Assembly: GCF_036321535.1 (NCBI RefSeq)
Contig: NC_087437.1
Location: 109,928,001-109,992,000, forward strand
Direction of reading: 5' to 3'
DNA length: 64,000 nucleotides
From: Camelus dromedarius
Taxonomy: Eukaryota
Positions 12,701 to 24,762 of the stretch are shown here, in pieces. The first letter of the stretch is position 1. Every line of letters begins with the position of its first letter. The position numbers were made by a program, and so were the translations under genes. The notes beneath the pieces are model-generated. The model was not told where the DNA came from. It was given only the letters and a program-made list of their open reading frames with translations, and searched no databases.

Positions 12701-14076
12701 GAATCACCGGATCGACATTTAAATGTTGGAAGCCACTGAATTCATAGCCTCTGGGAAAAGTCTGGCTTTTGGCTGCTGGAGGGCTTCTAGAAGTTCTCTA
12801 AGAGTCGTTAGAAAGAGACCTATCTTGGAGAGACTGGGAGAACAGAGGCCAATGGGTAGACAAAGTAGCTGAGGTACAAGGAGCCACAGGCTAAGACTGG
12901 GTAGACCAGAATTCTCTAAGAAAGCAGGGAGGAAAGATTCCAGCCAGCAGCTGTAGCATGTTACCACTATACCTAATTAATTTGTTAGTGGTGTCAGGGA
13001 CCATCTGAATATTCCCTGCTGGCCTAGAGGGCTTGTCTGCTCTAACCCTGTGGGCGAGATGTTCTTGACAGCCCACTTCAATATCTTTCTATGCTACGAT
13101 TTGCATAAGAACATCTCCTTAGTGTGTTGTCTAATTTCAATCAAATAAATGAACACTATGGTAAATACGCTTACTTGTATTTTATAGCTAAAAGCCAGCT
13201 TACAGTACTACTTTGGACTTGAGATGGCTGTTGCATACTCAGAACAGTTGGTTATCTTTGCTGGTTTGCGTTGTGATTCCAAGGGTCATTTACAGGATAC
13301 GGAGATAGAGCTCTTTTCTTTCCTCCCTGCTTTCTGCATTGTATTTTATGGCAATTCTTTTCTCAGTCGTTCCCGACGTGGTTTGCCATATTATAAAGCA
13401 TGTATTTATGTTCAGTAGCAACTGGAATGTGTGATATAAATGGTGCATAAAAGACAATGCTATCATTGCATGATCATGATACTTTGTAAGAACTGCATGA
13501 ATTTTATGGAAAAAATAATTCTGCTTGGCTCTCTTTAGCAACTGGATGGATATGGAATGCCTCATATAACTGGACTTAAATTATATTAGCTAAGAAGATG
13601 GAGATTTCAGCCCAAATACGTTTAAAAAGTAATCTGCTATCAAATTTACGGCATGTAAATTTTTAATGGCCCCTTAGGGGCTACGTTTATAAGCAGTAAA
13701 GCAAATACCAAATTATTTTCTTCAAGCACAGTGAAAATTGCTGAACAAATAAAAAGTTTACAAAGCAATGTTACAGATAGTCACATTTCCACATTATGTG
13801 AAGGTGGACATTATATCTAAAGGTCCTTGATTAACCTAAATATAGGAATGTGGTGGTTTGAAGGGTTGGCAGACACTAGAGAAGATCAAGAGTTAAAGGC
13901 ACAGAGAGAAGATTGCCCAGAAGGATCACAGTATGTATAAATGAAACATTAAATATATATACATATATGGAAAGCATAAATATATATACACACACATATA
14001 TGGAAAAGTACACACACACACACATGGAAAAAACATTAAGGAAATGCTGAATTAGTTTACACCCAGAGTAAAAAAA

Positions 14077-14121
14077 TATATATATATATGTGTGTGTACA
14101 TATATATATATATATATATAT
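14077..14121. repeat. (TA)n/(TG)n microsatellite
   Basis: tatatatatatatgtgtgtgtacatatatatatatatatatatat seen directly. Confidence 0.85.
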
Positions 14122-17100
14122 TCAAAGAAATGGATTAAAACATGTTTGTTTACATGTTCATGAGGTTTGGGAGGAAATTGAGTATACTATTGTGTACTTT
14201 AGTGTGTATTCACTAAAGTGGAATTGAGAGGCTAAATAGTTTTAGGCCAAATAAAAGAATATGATGTTAATGACTCATCCAACCAGAGAGTTAGGTTAAG
14301 GGACCCGTATGCATTTATATTTTTTGGATGTAAGTTGCATGCAGTTATAGTCTAATAATAGTTAACATTTATAGAGTGATTTCTGTGTTCAAAGAACTCT
14401 TATAGTTGCTTCATATACCTTATCATTTGGACATTTCATATTGTCATGAGGACTTCATAATCCTGGGATGTAAATACTATCATTATTTCTCTTTTACATT
14501 TAAGGAAATTGAATTTTTGAGAGGTTCCACAATATGTACAAGACAGATAGTAAGGGTTAGAGTCGGGGGATTCAAATATATATATATAGTGTTTCTTCTT
14601 AAACTCAGTTTAAATGGATTCACTCTTACAGCAGACAAACTAATATGCAAGTAAAACCCAAAACCCATTATATCTATATGCTTACATATTCTAAGAAATC
14701 GTAGTGTAAAATCTCAGAAGATCCTCCAGGTGGAGAAACCAAAGTGGGGACCCAGACTGAGGCACCCTGAGGGTCAAGGGATCCCATTATCTGGAGGACA
14801 GCATGGGAGCCCAGTCCCAGTTAGGGATGTCAGTTGGTTGATGGACAGGACAGCCCTGACCCCTCTGTTTTATGAATGGGCTTGATCCTCAGCCATTCTG
14901 TACCTAACATTGGATGAGCTAGCCTAGTTCTAGCTGCAGTTTGGAAGAAGAAGTTGCTGCTAACAATCACATTACCTACCAAAGAGGCTCGCCAGTCAGG
15001 AACCATGTGCCTAATAACCAGCGGGAACTTCGGACAGTATCATTCCTACACGGGGTCAGCATCTTGAAGGTAATGAGACTTCATTCTCTACTCATATTGG
15101 CAAGACTTTGAAGTTCGACAAGCAAAGATAACAACTTATGGTGCTCATTTGTTTTGCATGTCAGACCATCAATAAGCAATTTTCTTTTTGGCATTCCCAA
15201 AAGAATCATGATAGAGGCATGATTGATACTGTTACCCCCAAGAATAGGATCTGGTGGGCTAATGGGCACCAGGTGTAGCTCTGTGTTTCCATAGTCCTGT
15301 TTTCCTAACTTTTCAGTGGCTCCCATTGCACTGCAGTGATTTATAGAGATTTACCCAAAGTGGTGTCAATGGCTAAGGACTCTTTTAAGGAAATTTTGCA
15401 CATTTTTAGCCTGGTCTCCTCTCCCTCAACATAGCAATCAGTGAAGATTTAGGCAAGAAAAAATATTAAATTGGTTGCAAGTAAGCTTTGGAACACACAT
15501 TTATTTTCCTCCGTATTTGAAAAAACAATAGTTCTTTTGCATATTCTTGAAGTAGAGATGCCTTTTGCATGCATTTTGGAATCTCAGTAATTAACTCAGA
15601 CCAAAGCCTATTTCGTGCTCCTCCTGCTTGCCACAAGGAGATTAGTGTGTTAACACTAATTGTCAAATAGCTGGTAATCACATCATATATCAAAGGGACA
15701 GAAAAACAGGTATGTCTGAGGTACAATACCTTCAATACACTCAAAATCTAAAAGCTCCTACTTCACATTAGATAATTCTTATTTAAATTCCTCATAATAG
15801 CACTATGAAGTAACCAGTGTTATTTTCACTGTTCAGGAAAAAAGTGTGGTAATACGTTAAGTGATGTGTTAAAAATTATTTTAACAAAAACCTCATAAAG
15901 CCAGAAGGTGAGACGCAGTCTCTCTGTCTCCAAATATGTCATGACCTAACCCTAACTTCTGTTATTAAGCCACAATATATATATAGCTAACAAACGCTGA
16001 GGACCCAATGCGTGACACGGATGAGTCGAACTTTCATTACTCAGCTCTTAAAACCTCTCAAAAATAGGATTAAAATGGAGAGGAGGAAAGTAATTTCCCA
16101 GGCAAAGTGCTAAACCACATCACAAAAGGCAGGGGGTAGGAAAGGAAAGGAAAAGCATTTTAGAATTCACATCACATTCTTTTCTTGTCTAGAATTTGAA
16201 AATGAAAAACTTGCCGCGAAGAATTCCATCTCGTGACTTCGGTAAACGCAGGCTTGCTGTACCGAGCATCCTCCCGGCGTGTTGACAATTGATTATGAGA
16301 ACAGTTCCACGTCTCTCTCCCAGAATGAAGCCTGCATCTCCCGAGGATGTGCTCAATGTGGTTTGACTGTTTTTTCTGCTTTACCTCCTGCAATAAATAG
16401 ACCATGAAAAATCACCCTCAAATTGTGGAAGCTAAAGAAAGCATCTTTCAAATTTGGTTTATAAGCTGGAGAAGACGAACAATCAATGACACCGCTTCAC
16501 CTTGCGGTATCCGTGGGACACACAGAGCGTTGTCCCCTGGAATCAGTTTTATAGTCGAGACATTAACCTCTGTGGTCATTTGCCCGGCAGGAAGAGTAAG
16601 CTGCTAGAAACATAGAATCAGCCACTATTCACTTCTTTTTATGATTAAGAGTGTGATAACAGCTTCCCCTTCAGTTACATGACTGGGGCTATTTTGCTGG
16701 TAAAATACCAAAAATAGGGTGTACATCAAAAAAATTTTAATTATTATCCTTTTGCAGAAATTCCATGAAAAAAGAGCAATAACTCATTACCTGGAGTATG
16801 GATTTTAATTAAAATTAATTTTGGCTAAAAATGACAATATTACCTGGCTCCCAAAACTAAGGGAAACTCATGCTGTGTCCCTATCAACTTCATTGTGGAG
16901 AAGAGACAGATGGAGACAATAATTCTCCCCTCTTTTTTTTTTTTTAATTCACAATATGCTTAAGCATGAAAAAAAGAAAAAAGAACAACTCTGAAAGGGG
17001 AAGTAAAGCAAACCTCATTAACTTGGTTCGTCCAATATTCATTGTGTTAGTGTAAACTTTGTATCTAATCTATTAATATCACTTAAGAACAGTGATCCAA

Positions 17101-17474
17101 GAGCTAAACATTGGGAACTGGGGCTTTGGTCTTTTGGGATTGACAGGAGTGGAGAGAGCTTACTGACTCCATCAGGAAACAAAATGGAGATTGAAGGGGA
17201 ATCTTACAAATTCTGAAATAGACATGTGTGGAACATAGAAGAAAAAAAAAACTCTGGGCAATTTTTAATCCTGTGACTTTATTCACAACCCCCGTATCCA
17301 CCCCTAGCTGACTGAGAGGTTCCATACATCAGTGACAACCATGTATTGTCACTTTATCTGATAGACTTCAGCATGCCTAAATGATCCTTCCAGAAACACC
17401 CATTATAAACCTTGTGATGCATCTTCCAATCAATAGTTGACTTATGCTGTCAACATACATTTAACTTTCATTAA

Positions 17475-17770
17475 ACCTTTTAAAAAAATAATTATAGGCA
17501 CACAGGAAGTTGTAGAAATAATCCATAGGGTTCCTTTAACCTTTATCCAGCTTCCTCCAAAAGTGACATCTGACCCGACCATATGGCAAGACCAAAGCCA
17601 GGAGACTGTCATCAGTGCAGTACTGTTAGCTGGACCACAGATCTCATTCAGTTCAACTAGTTTAAACATACACGCATTTGTGTGTGTGTAAGTGTACAGT
17701 TCTTTATAATTATATTTCATGTATAGATTTCCTGTAACCACTGCCACAGATGAAGAACTGTTTTATTAAT
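17475..17770 (-). mobile_element. Old L1 (L1MB-like) 3' UTR fragment
   Basis: ataattataggcacacaggaagttgtagaaata...cctttatccagcttcctccaaaagtgacatct...caaagccaggagactgtcatcagtgcagtac; boundaries approximate. Confidence 0.6.
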
Positions 17771-18789
17771 GGTTAGTTTTTTCATGTTAGAAAAATTTAA
17801 AAGTATAATGAATCAGAAGTATGGATCACCAGTTTTGCCCTTTTACATTTAAGAATGTTATTTAATATGATTAAATCTGAGATTTAAAAAAAAATGAGTG
17901 AAGTTCATAGTTGTAGCACAATGATTGAAATGGGGTGAGGGGTGCAGCGGGGCAGGGAGAACGATCAAGTTAAAATATCACTCCCCTATGTGATAATCTT
18001 TTCCTCCAAATCACAAGCAGATGCAGTGTCATTAGAAAAGCGTAAATTGATAAACTAGGCAGACTAGATTCTTCCATGACACGGTGTGCATAATTTCTTT
18101 TCTTATTTTCTATATTAAAGAAATAATGATGTTCACATTGTTGCAGCACACGGATTACTGTGTTTCACGATGAAAATTAGATTTTACATTCCGTTGTCCG
18201 AAAAAAAAAATTATGAGACTTTGAAATAGGGTACATTGGATTCAAATACTTTGTGGCCCATCTAGCTTTCCTTTCAGGTTATCTCCACTTTGCATGGCTT
18301 TTGATCTACTGCATAATTCTATATGCTGTAGCAAACTGATAGTCATGCGAACGATTCTTGTCCATTAAAATAAAAATGGCTTCTGTCTAATGGAATGCCA
18401 TTGATTTATTTTTTCTCTGCATACAGTAACCACTTTGTATCGAGCTTTATAAATTCATTTCAGCATCTCGGATAGCCTATGTAAGTGTGTTTTTTGCATT
18501 CTCCTTTGAGTCAGTTGTAGCTTCTAAAGGGTGGTTCCTTCATTTATTAATGAGTTAAAGTATTTAATATGTGTGCTTTCTTATTTGTAAGAAGATCATG
18601 ATTTTACCTTTTTGAAAAGTTACCTGTTAACCCTATTAGATTTTACATTGCATTTTAAATGGTTTTCATCTGTTTTTCCCTTCCCAGATCACATAGAAGA
18701 GTTTAAACTATTATGAAGGAGTTTAACAGCCCATCACTCACGTGCTCCTATTATCTTACTATTATCATATAATAAGGATAGGTCAGTAG

Positions 18790-18925
18790 TGTTGAAACCT
18801 TAGAGACCACAGATTATCAAGGACCATCTCATTTTACATATAAGGAAGATGATATCCAAAAAAGTTAAGTGATATGTATAAGATCAAGATCTTGTTAGCA
18901 AGAAAACTAGCAATAGAACCTAATT
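18790..18925 (-). mobile_element. MIR SINE
   Basis: ctcattttacatataaggaagatgatatccaaaaaagttaagtgat...caagatc...agaacct MIR core. Confidence 0.55.
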
Positions 18926-18996
18926 CTCAACATATTTTTTGCTTACTTTATTTTCCTTTATATGGCACCATAAACAAGGGAGAATATTAAGAGATT

Positions 18997-19965
18997 TCTG
19001 GACCACAAAGCAAGCTTCAATAAACTTAAGAAAACTGAAATCATATCAAGCTTCTTTTCTGACCACATGCTATAAGGCTAGAAATCAACTACAAAAAAAA
19101 AAAAAAGCTGCAAAAACACGAACACATGGAGGCTAAACAAAGCATGGAGGTTATGCTATAAAACAACCAGTGGATCACTGAAGACATCAAAGAGTTGAAA
19201 AATCAAAAAATTCCTATAGATAAATGAAAACAAAAACATGATAGTCCAAAACCTCTGGGACACAGCAAAAGCAGCTCTAAGAGGGAAGTTTATAGCGATA
19301 TAAGCTGACCTCAAGAAACAAGAAAAATCTCAAATAATCCTGTACATACAGCCAGAGGAAACTCTAATTCGAAAAGATACATGCACACCAATGTTCATAG
19401 AAGCACTATTTACAGTAGTCAAGACAACAGAACAACCTAAATGTCCATCAACAGATGACTGGATAAAGAAGGTGTATATATATATATATATATATATATA
19501 CACAATGGAATGTTACTCTGCCATGAAAAAATGAAACAATGCCATATGCAGTAACATGGATAGACCTACAGATTATCATATTAAGTGAAATGAATCAGAG
19601 ACAAATACCATATGATATAATTTATATGTGGAATTTAAAAAATGATACAAATGAACTTATTTACAAAATAGAAATAGACTCACAGACATAGAAAACAATC
19701 TTATGACTACCAAAGGAGAAAGGGGGGATGAAGTGGGAGGGATAAATTAGAAGTTTGGGATTAACATATATATACTACTATGTATATAAAATAAATAATA
19801 AGGACCTACTTATAGTAAAAGGAGCTATATTCAATATTTTGTAACAACCTATAATGGAAAATAATCTGAAAAGAATATGTATATATTTATATATAACTGA
19901 ATCAATCTGCTGTACACCTGACACTAACACAATATTGTAAATTAACTATACTTCAATTAAAAGAA
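18997..19965 (+). mobile_element. L1 with a large internal ORF2 deletion
   Basis: 18997-19337 is the ORF2 endonuclease-end/linker region (gaccacaaagcaagcttcaataaacttaagaaaactgaaatcatatcaagc...ctctgggacacagcaaaagcagctctaagagggaagtttatagc). It is joined directly to the ORF2 C-terminus (gatacatgcacaccaatgttcatag) and 3' UTR, ending ttgtaaattaactatacttcaattaaaag. Confidence 0.85.
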
Positions 19966-20494
19966 GGTTAAAAAATCTAGTCTACCTATAGTAATTGTCT
20001 ATGTAGCAACATTTTTATAAGTTCAAAATTTAGCGTGCATTTCACTGGAAAAGAAATATTTCTTTAAAACTCAGAGCATCCAAAAGATACACCAGAACAC
20101 ACACACAAATGACAAATGGTAGAGTGCACAATTTCGGTGCCAATGAGTTAAATCTTCCAATCTCCTTTTTCTCTGTTGTCTTCTACTTCCTTGTAAGGAT
20201 CTACTATATTATAAACAAAATAAGCCTTGAAATAAAACATTACTACTAGATTTATTACTTTTTAATGGATTAGCCAAATAGAAGGGTTAATGGACAAAAA
20301 GGCTACTTTTCTCTAACGAGATGGTTCGTTGTCCTGTTATAATGGCTACCTTAGAACAAGCGCAGTTGGTCTGGGGGAGACCACAGTCCAGCAAGGGAAT
20401 GTTCGTATTTGACAGTAGTTGATTGTGTAGGAAGGCTCTAACATCTCTAGAAGCTTGTGTGGTCTTTGCATGAAAAGTCTGATCATGCAGCAGT

Positions 20495-20948
20495 TTGATG
20501 AGTAACCCACGTATAGAGACTGCTTGGTAAAACATACAAACAATTGCTAGAAGGAAGGTGGTTGGGTGGCTGAAACAGGGTTCACAACCCAGAAGTAGCA
20601 ACTGTTGTGTCCCTAGACTGAAGACTCCAGGTCAGAAGTTTGGTAGGGACAGCAAAAGGCAACAGTTATTAAGTGGCATGCATGTGACAGTCAACATAGA
20701 GGGGGCTAGAGAGTAGGCATACAGGCAGGACCAGGACCAGGGCTGGGGGAGGGGAATGGAGAGCCTAAGGGGCAACACTGAAGGAGGCCACCACTGGGAC
20801 TACCCTGAAGTGAGTACCCCCTTAGGAATGAGATGCTCCTGTAAACCAAGTTGATGGGATGAGAATAAACACAGCAGGACACCAGGAAACTGGAAGATCC
20901 CGAAGGGAACAGTAGAGGGAATTCCCAGAGCAGCAGTATGTAAGGCAT
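20495..20948 (-). pseudogene. Highly decayed KRTAP13-family pseudogene
   Basis: ctctcaccATG cct tac (a) tac tgc tgc tct ggg aat = MPY/YCCSGN..CSLRD, then CVYSHPINLVY (cf. SSYPSNLVY), CCPYQTS (cf. CSPCQTT) and LGCEPCFSHPTTF (cf. LGYGSGFCHPTYF), colinear across frameshifts; AATAAA(-) at 20251-20256; 3' boundary approximate. Confidence 0.75.
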
Positions 20949-22584
20949 GGTGAGAGGGATGATTTCCTGTTGAATAGCCGGGTAAGGTATTTTAAATGTG
21001 AGCAGTAACTCACATTCTCTTAGAGGGCAGTGCCTCCCGAGCAATAGACTGCATCCCTGAACTCTGCCCTGTGTGTGTTAGCATTGGATCAGACTACTAA
21101 TTGCAACGGAATGAGTCCCCAGTCACAACAGCAAGCACATTGATTTTGTTACCCAAGAAAAATGTAAGCCCCTCAAGTCACTCTTGCATATTACATGTGA
21201 TGGTTGTGTTTTTGTCATTGACATCTTGTCACCCCAGACACAATGCTCAGGTTTTCCCAGGCATCAGCACTGTTCCTACTTCTATTCATACACCTGTAGG
21301 GTTAGGCAATTACATTTTTAATTGTTGTGTAATCTCTTACCTCTTGCTGCCCACAATAATAAAAAAAAAAAAGAACTTGTCATTTTTCTCCCCACATCAT
21401 ATTCTTTCAAGAAACTGGGCAATTGCTTAAGCAGTTGCCTCATCCTGAAGCTCTGCTCATACTCATCCTCTGCACCAGGATAATGGGAGAAAATTTGTCT
21501 CTCTCTCTAGTCATGAGCTAACTCTTGGAAGGCAAAAGTCATGGTCTTTTCTAAGTTCTCTAGTGCATTTTTCATAGAAGAACTCCAGTGCAAATTCAAA
21601 GCTCTAAAGTTATTTAGTGAGCTGAGTTCAGAAGAAAAAGCTGATGTCAGTGTGCTAAAGGGCATTAGAGTCGGGAGAGCTACGCTTATTCATAATGAGC
21701 AGCATGAGCTGGAGAGGAAAGTGCCCCGTGTCAGTCTGAGATTTTTCACTGCCATTGATAGATCCCAGTCTCCTCTTACACTCTCTGTCACCATCATCCA
21801 AGTCAGTCACCCACCCAATGTTACCTGGTCCCTAGAGGGTGGATGTGGAGAAAAACAGAGTGTACGTAGGAGATGAACAATCAAAGGGAGAGAGAGGGAG
21901 AGGGAGAAAAAGAGAAAGGATAGATAAGAGAAGAAAAATGAGAAAATATATAGAAATAAGCAGTGATGTGATACTAAGGAAAGATCGCAATGCAAAGAAT
22001 GAAGCCATGTACTTGGTACTCATCTTGTCTGATCCCTGAAATCTTCACAGATACTTTCAAAAGTTTAAATATTGGAGCTTTCTAATGTATGCATTTCCTC
22101 TCCCTCACTTTGCCTCCTTGTTTCAATTTTTGACCTCTCACCTCGAAGATTCCATTAGAATGGGAAATCCTCAAGTCATCAAGTCATTCCAGAACTAGAT
22201 TCTGTACGCCACTGGATATCGCCTCCTTCCATCTTGGATTGTTCTCAATTTTAAACATTTCTCTCTACTCATCTTCCCTTGCTGGGCATGGAGACTTCCT
22301 TGCTTGCAGTTAAAAGCTTTTAGTTCTATTAGATTTGCTGAATGTGTTTCCAGGACTATCTCACCGTCTCTGCCATAATAACCCCTTTGAATTCATTCTC
22401 CCTTTGGTTTCTTTAGCCCACATGTTACTCACTTCACAGGACTTTAAGAAGAACTCTTGTTCAGTGCTAATGGCAGTCATTCAGACTCACAGGATCTTTT
22501 TTGTCTTACTAATAAAAATTTTATATGCCTGTTTACACCGAAGTCCATGAGTAATTCTGCACCTGTATGACACATCATGATTAA

Positions 22585-22985
22585 TTGTAACTCTTTGGAT
22601 GTGAGTGACAGAAATCTTATTTTATTTTAATTAGTTTAAACAAGGAGAAGACTTTATTGGTTCATATAATCAGAGTGCATGGAGGGCTACAAAAGCTGGC
22701 TTAAAGGTGCTGGGAACCAGAGGCTTTTGTACCAGCAGGAACTTCTGTGTCTCTCTTCTCTATTTCTTTCTTTTCTGTCTCTTGAGCAGAATTCTGTGCA
22801 CTGAGGGCCTTATTCCCACACCTTCCTGCTTAGCCCGTAACTGTCTCATATATATGAGGAAAAAGCCAATTTTTCTCAGATTCAACCAGGAAAAGCTTGA
22901 GGAAGAAGGAAGACAAATTAATAAACCCTCATAGCACATGATTGGAGCAAATGATAATCTTTGAGAGTTACTCTCTCAGTCATGA
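22585..22985. mobile_element. MaLR LTR relic (MLT1-like)
   Basis: ttggatgtgagtgacagaaa...tagtttaaacaaggagaagactttattggttcatataat; boundaries approximate. Confidence 0.5.
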
Positions 22986-23416
22986 TGAGTTACTACTAAA
23001 TATGTTATAAAAAAATTTTAACTGAATTCTAACTCTCCATTTAGCCTCTGAGACAAATAATCTGCTCACATTAAAATGAACACAAAGTGTCCTGTTTCAG
23101 ATCTGAATAGTATCTTACAAGAATGTATTTTCTACTTACTATCAGTTGAGCAGTGGATTCCAAGGATGCTGAAGCAAGTTATTAGATTCAGAGCATTGGA
23201 AGTAATATAATTATTCCTCCAATTCAAAGCAGAAGTCACTAATCGAAAACAAAGAGGGCTTATGGATTTTCTACTTGTTGAGGAACTCAAAAACCTCAAA
23301 GAAATGTACCCAGATTATAATTCTATAAATTTATAATTCATATATATATTTACAACCAGCCAACATGTTTCTACAACTCTTTTCCCATTACTCACAGTTT
23401 AAAATTTTTAGATTCT

Positions 23417-23470
23417 TTCTCTGTCTCTGTCTCTCTCTCTCTCTGTCTCTCTCTCTCTCTCACATACACA
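23417..23470. repeat. (TC)n/(TCTG) microsatellite
   Basis: tctctgtctctgtctctctctctctctgtctctctctctctctcacatacaca seen directly. Confidence 0.85.
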
Positions 23471-24263
23471 CTTTATAATAATCCATTTCCCATGTATTTA
23501 AATACAGCCATAATGTCCTCTAATCAGTGGTCTTCATAGTTTCTCTTTTTCTTACAAAAACATCAGATTTATATAAATATTTTTATATAATATATTTTAT
23601 AAATATTTCATCACCAAGTTGACATCTTCTGGACAAACTCTAACTTATACTGCTTTGAAAACATAAGATCAAAATCAAATATGGTTGTCAGCATAAGGTG
23701 TCCTCATTGAAAACACAATGAGAATGTTGACTGCATTATGAGCATACTGTCAAGAATAAAAATCCTACCAGCTTTGATTGTGGAAGACATGTACACCTGT
23801 TAGCTCTTAGGCAGTGGCTAGAGAGAACTTCCCATATACCAGTCCCAACACCACTTGCTGGGGAAATCTAAACCTATTCCCAGGGAAAGGACTCTGAGGG
23901 CCCAGAGCCCCAAAGATAGATGACAAATCAAACCCTTAAAATGAATGAAGAACAATGAGAACATATCAGATGCAAAGGTGAATGAGTTTATTACGTCAAA
24001 CAAAAGAGAATTTCCACATATTTTATACGAATAATTTATGTAATTCTGAATTAACTATTTTAACAAAATTACAGACATTGAACCCAATACTTTGGTCATT
24101 CATTAATTTCATCATTTGAAAGAACTAGTCTGTCAGCTGGTGCTTGATGCCTGAGAAAGGGTGAAGAGCTGATGGTGAGATGGATTAGCTAACATTGCTG
24201 GAAAAGGCTATGATCGCAGTTCTAAGAAGAGACTGAAACATTTTGCTCAGAAGGTCTAGAAAC

Positions 24264-24762
24264 TCAACAAGCTGATTTACAGAAAGCTGATCTATAAACT
24301 GGCCTATAACAAGAAGGCTGGCAGCTCCTGGAAGCAAACTTTTGTTGGAAGACAAAGTCTGGATCCATAGCTCAGGGAAGGGAAGACATGGGCTACAAAA
24401 CTCAGGAGTCTGAAGACACTGGATCCCCATCCCAATAAGGAGGAACTTCTGTATCAATAGCCCAGGGAGCAGCAGCTTCTAGATCCAGAACCCAGGGAGC
24501 AGCCTCTGCTGGACCCGCAGCCCAGAGACCCAGCATAAGTTGTCTGGCAGGGACTGCGGAGCCTGGAGGTCCTCAGGCGGTAGCAGGATGTCTGGCAGGG
24601 GCTGGACACCACACAGGAGGGCTGGCAGGTGCTGCGAGAGTGGAGGTCAGTGGTGTAGACCAGGTTGCTGGGGTAGGAAGAGCCACAGGAGGAGCCTGGG
24701 CAGCGCAGGTGGCCCCCAAGGGAGCGGGAGGAGAAGTTTCCAGAGCTGCCGTTGTAGGACAT
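24264..24762 (-). pseudogene. KRTAP13 pseudogene, KRTAP13-2-type C-terminus (residual 102-aa ORF 24762-24454)
   Basis: MSYNGSSGNFSSRSLGGHLRCPG...; in-frame loss of two decapeptide repeats; GGA->TGA at 24454-24456; +1 frameshift near 24340; the ancestral frame ends FASRSCQPSCYRPVYRSAFCKSAC* at 24264; TATATATA at 24839-24846; AATAAA(-) at 23987-23992. Confidence 0.8.

Noticed and set aside
6815..18900. Many 60-110 aa ORFs in AT-rich intergenic DNA (and elsewhere in the window)
   Set aside because: No recognisable domains, mostly non-ATG starts, often within repeats; expected by chance. I recognised no spliced gene.
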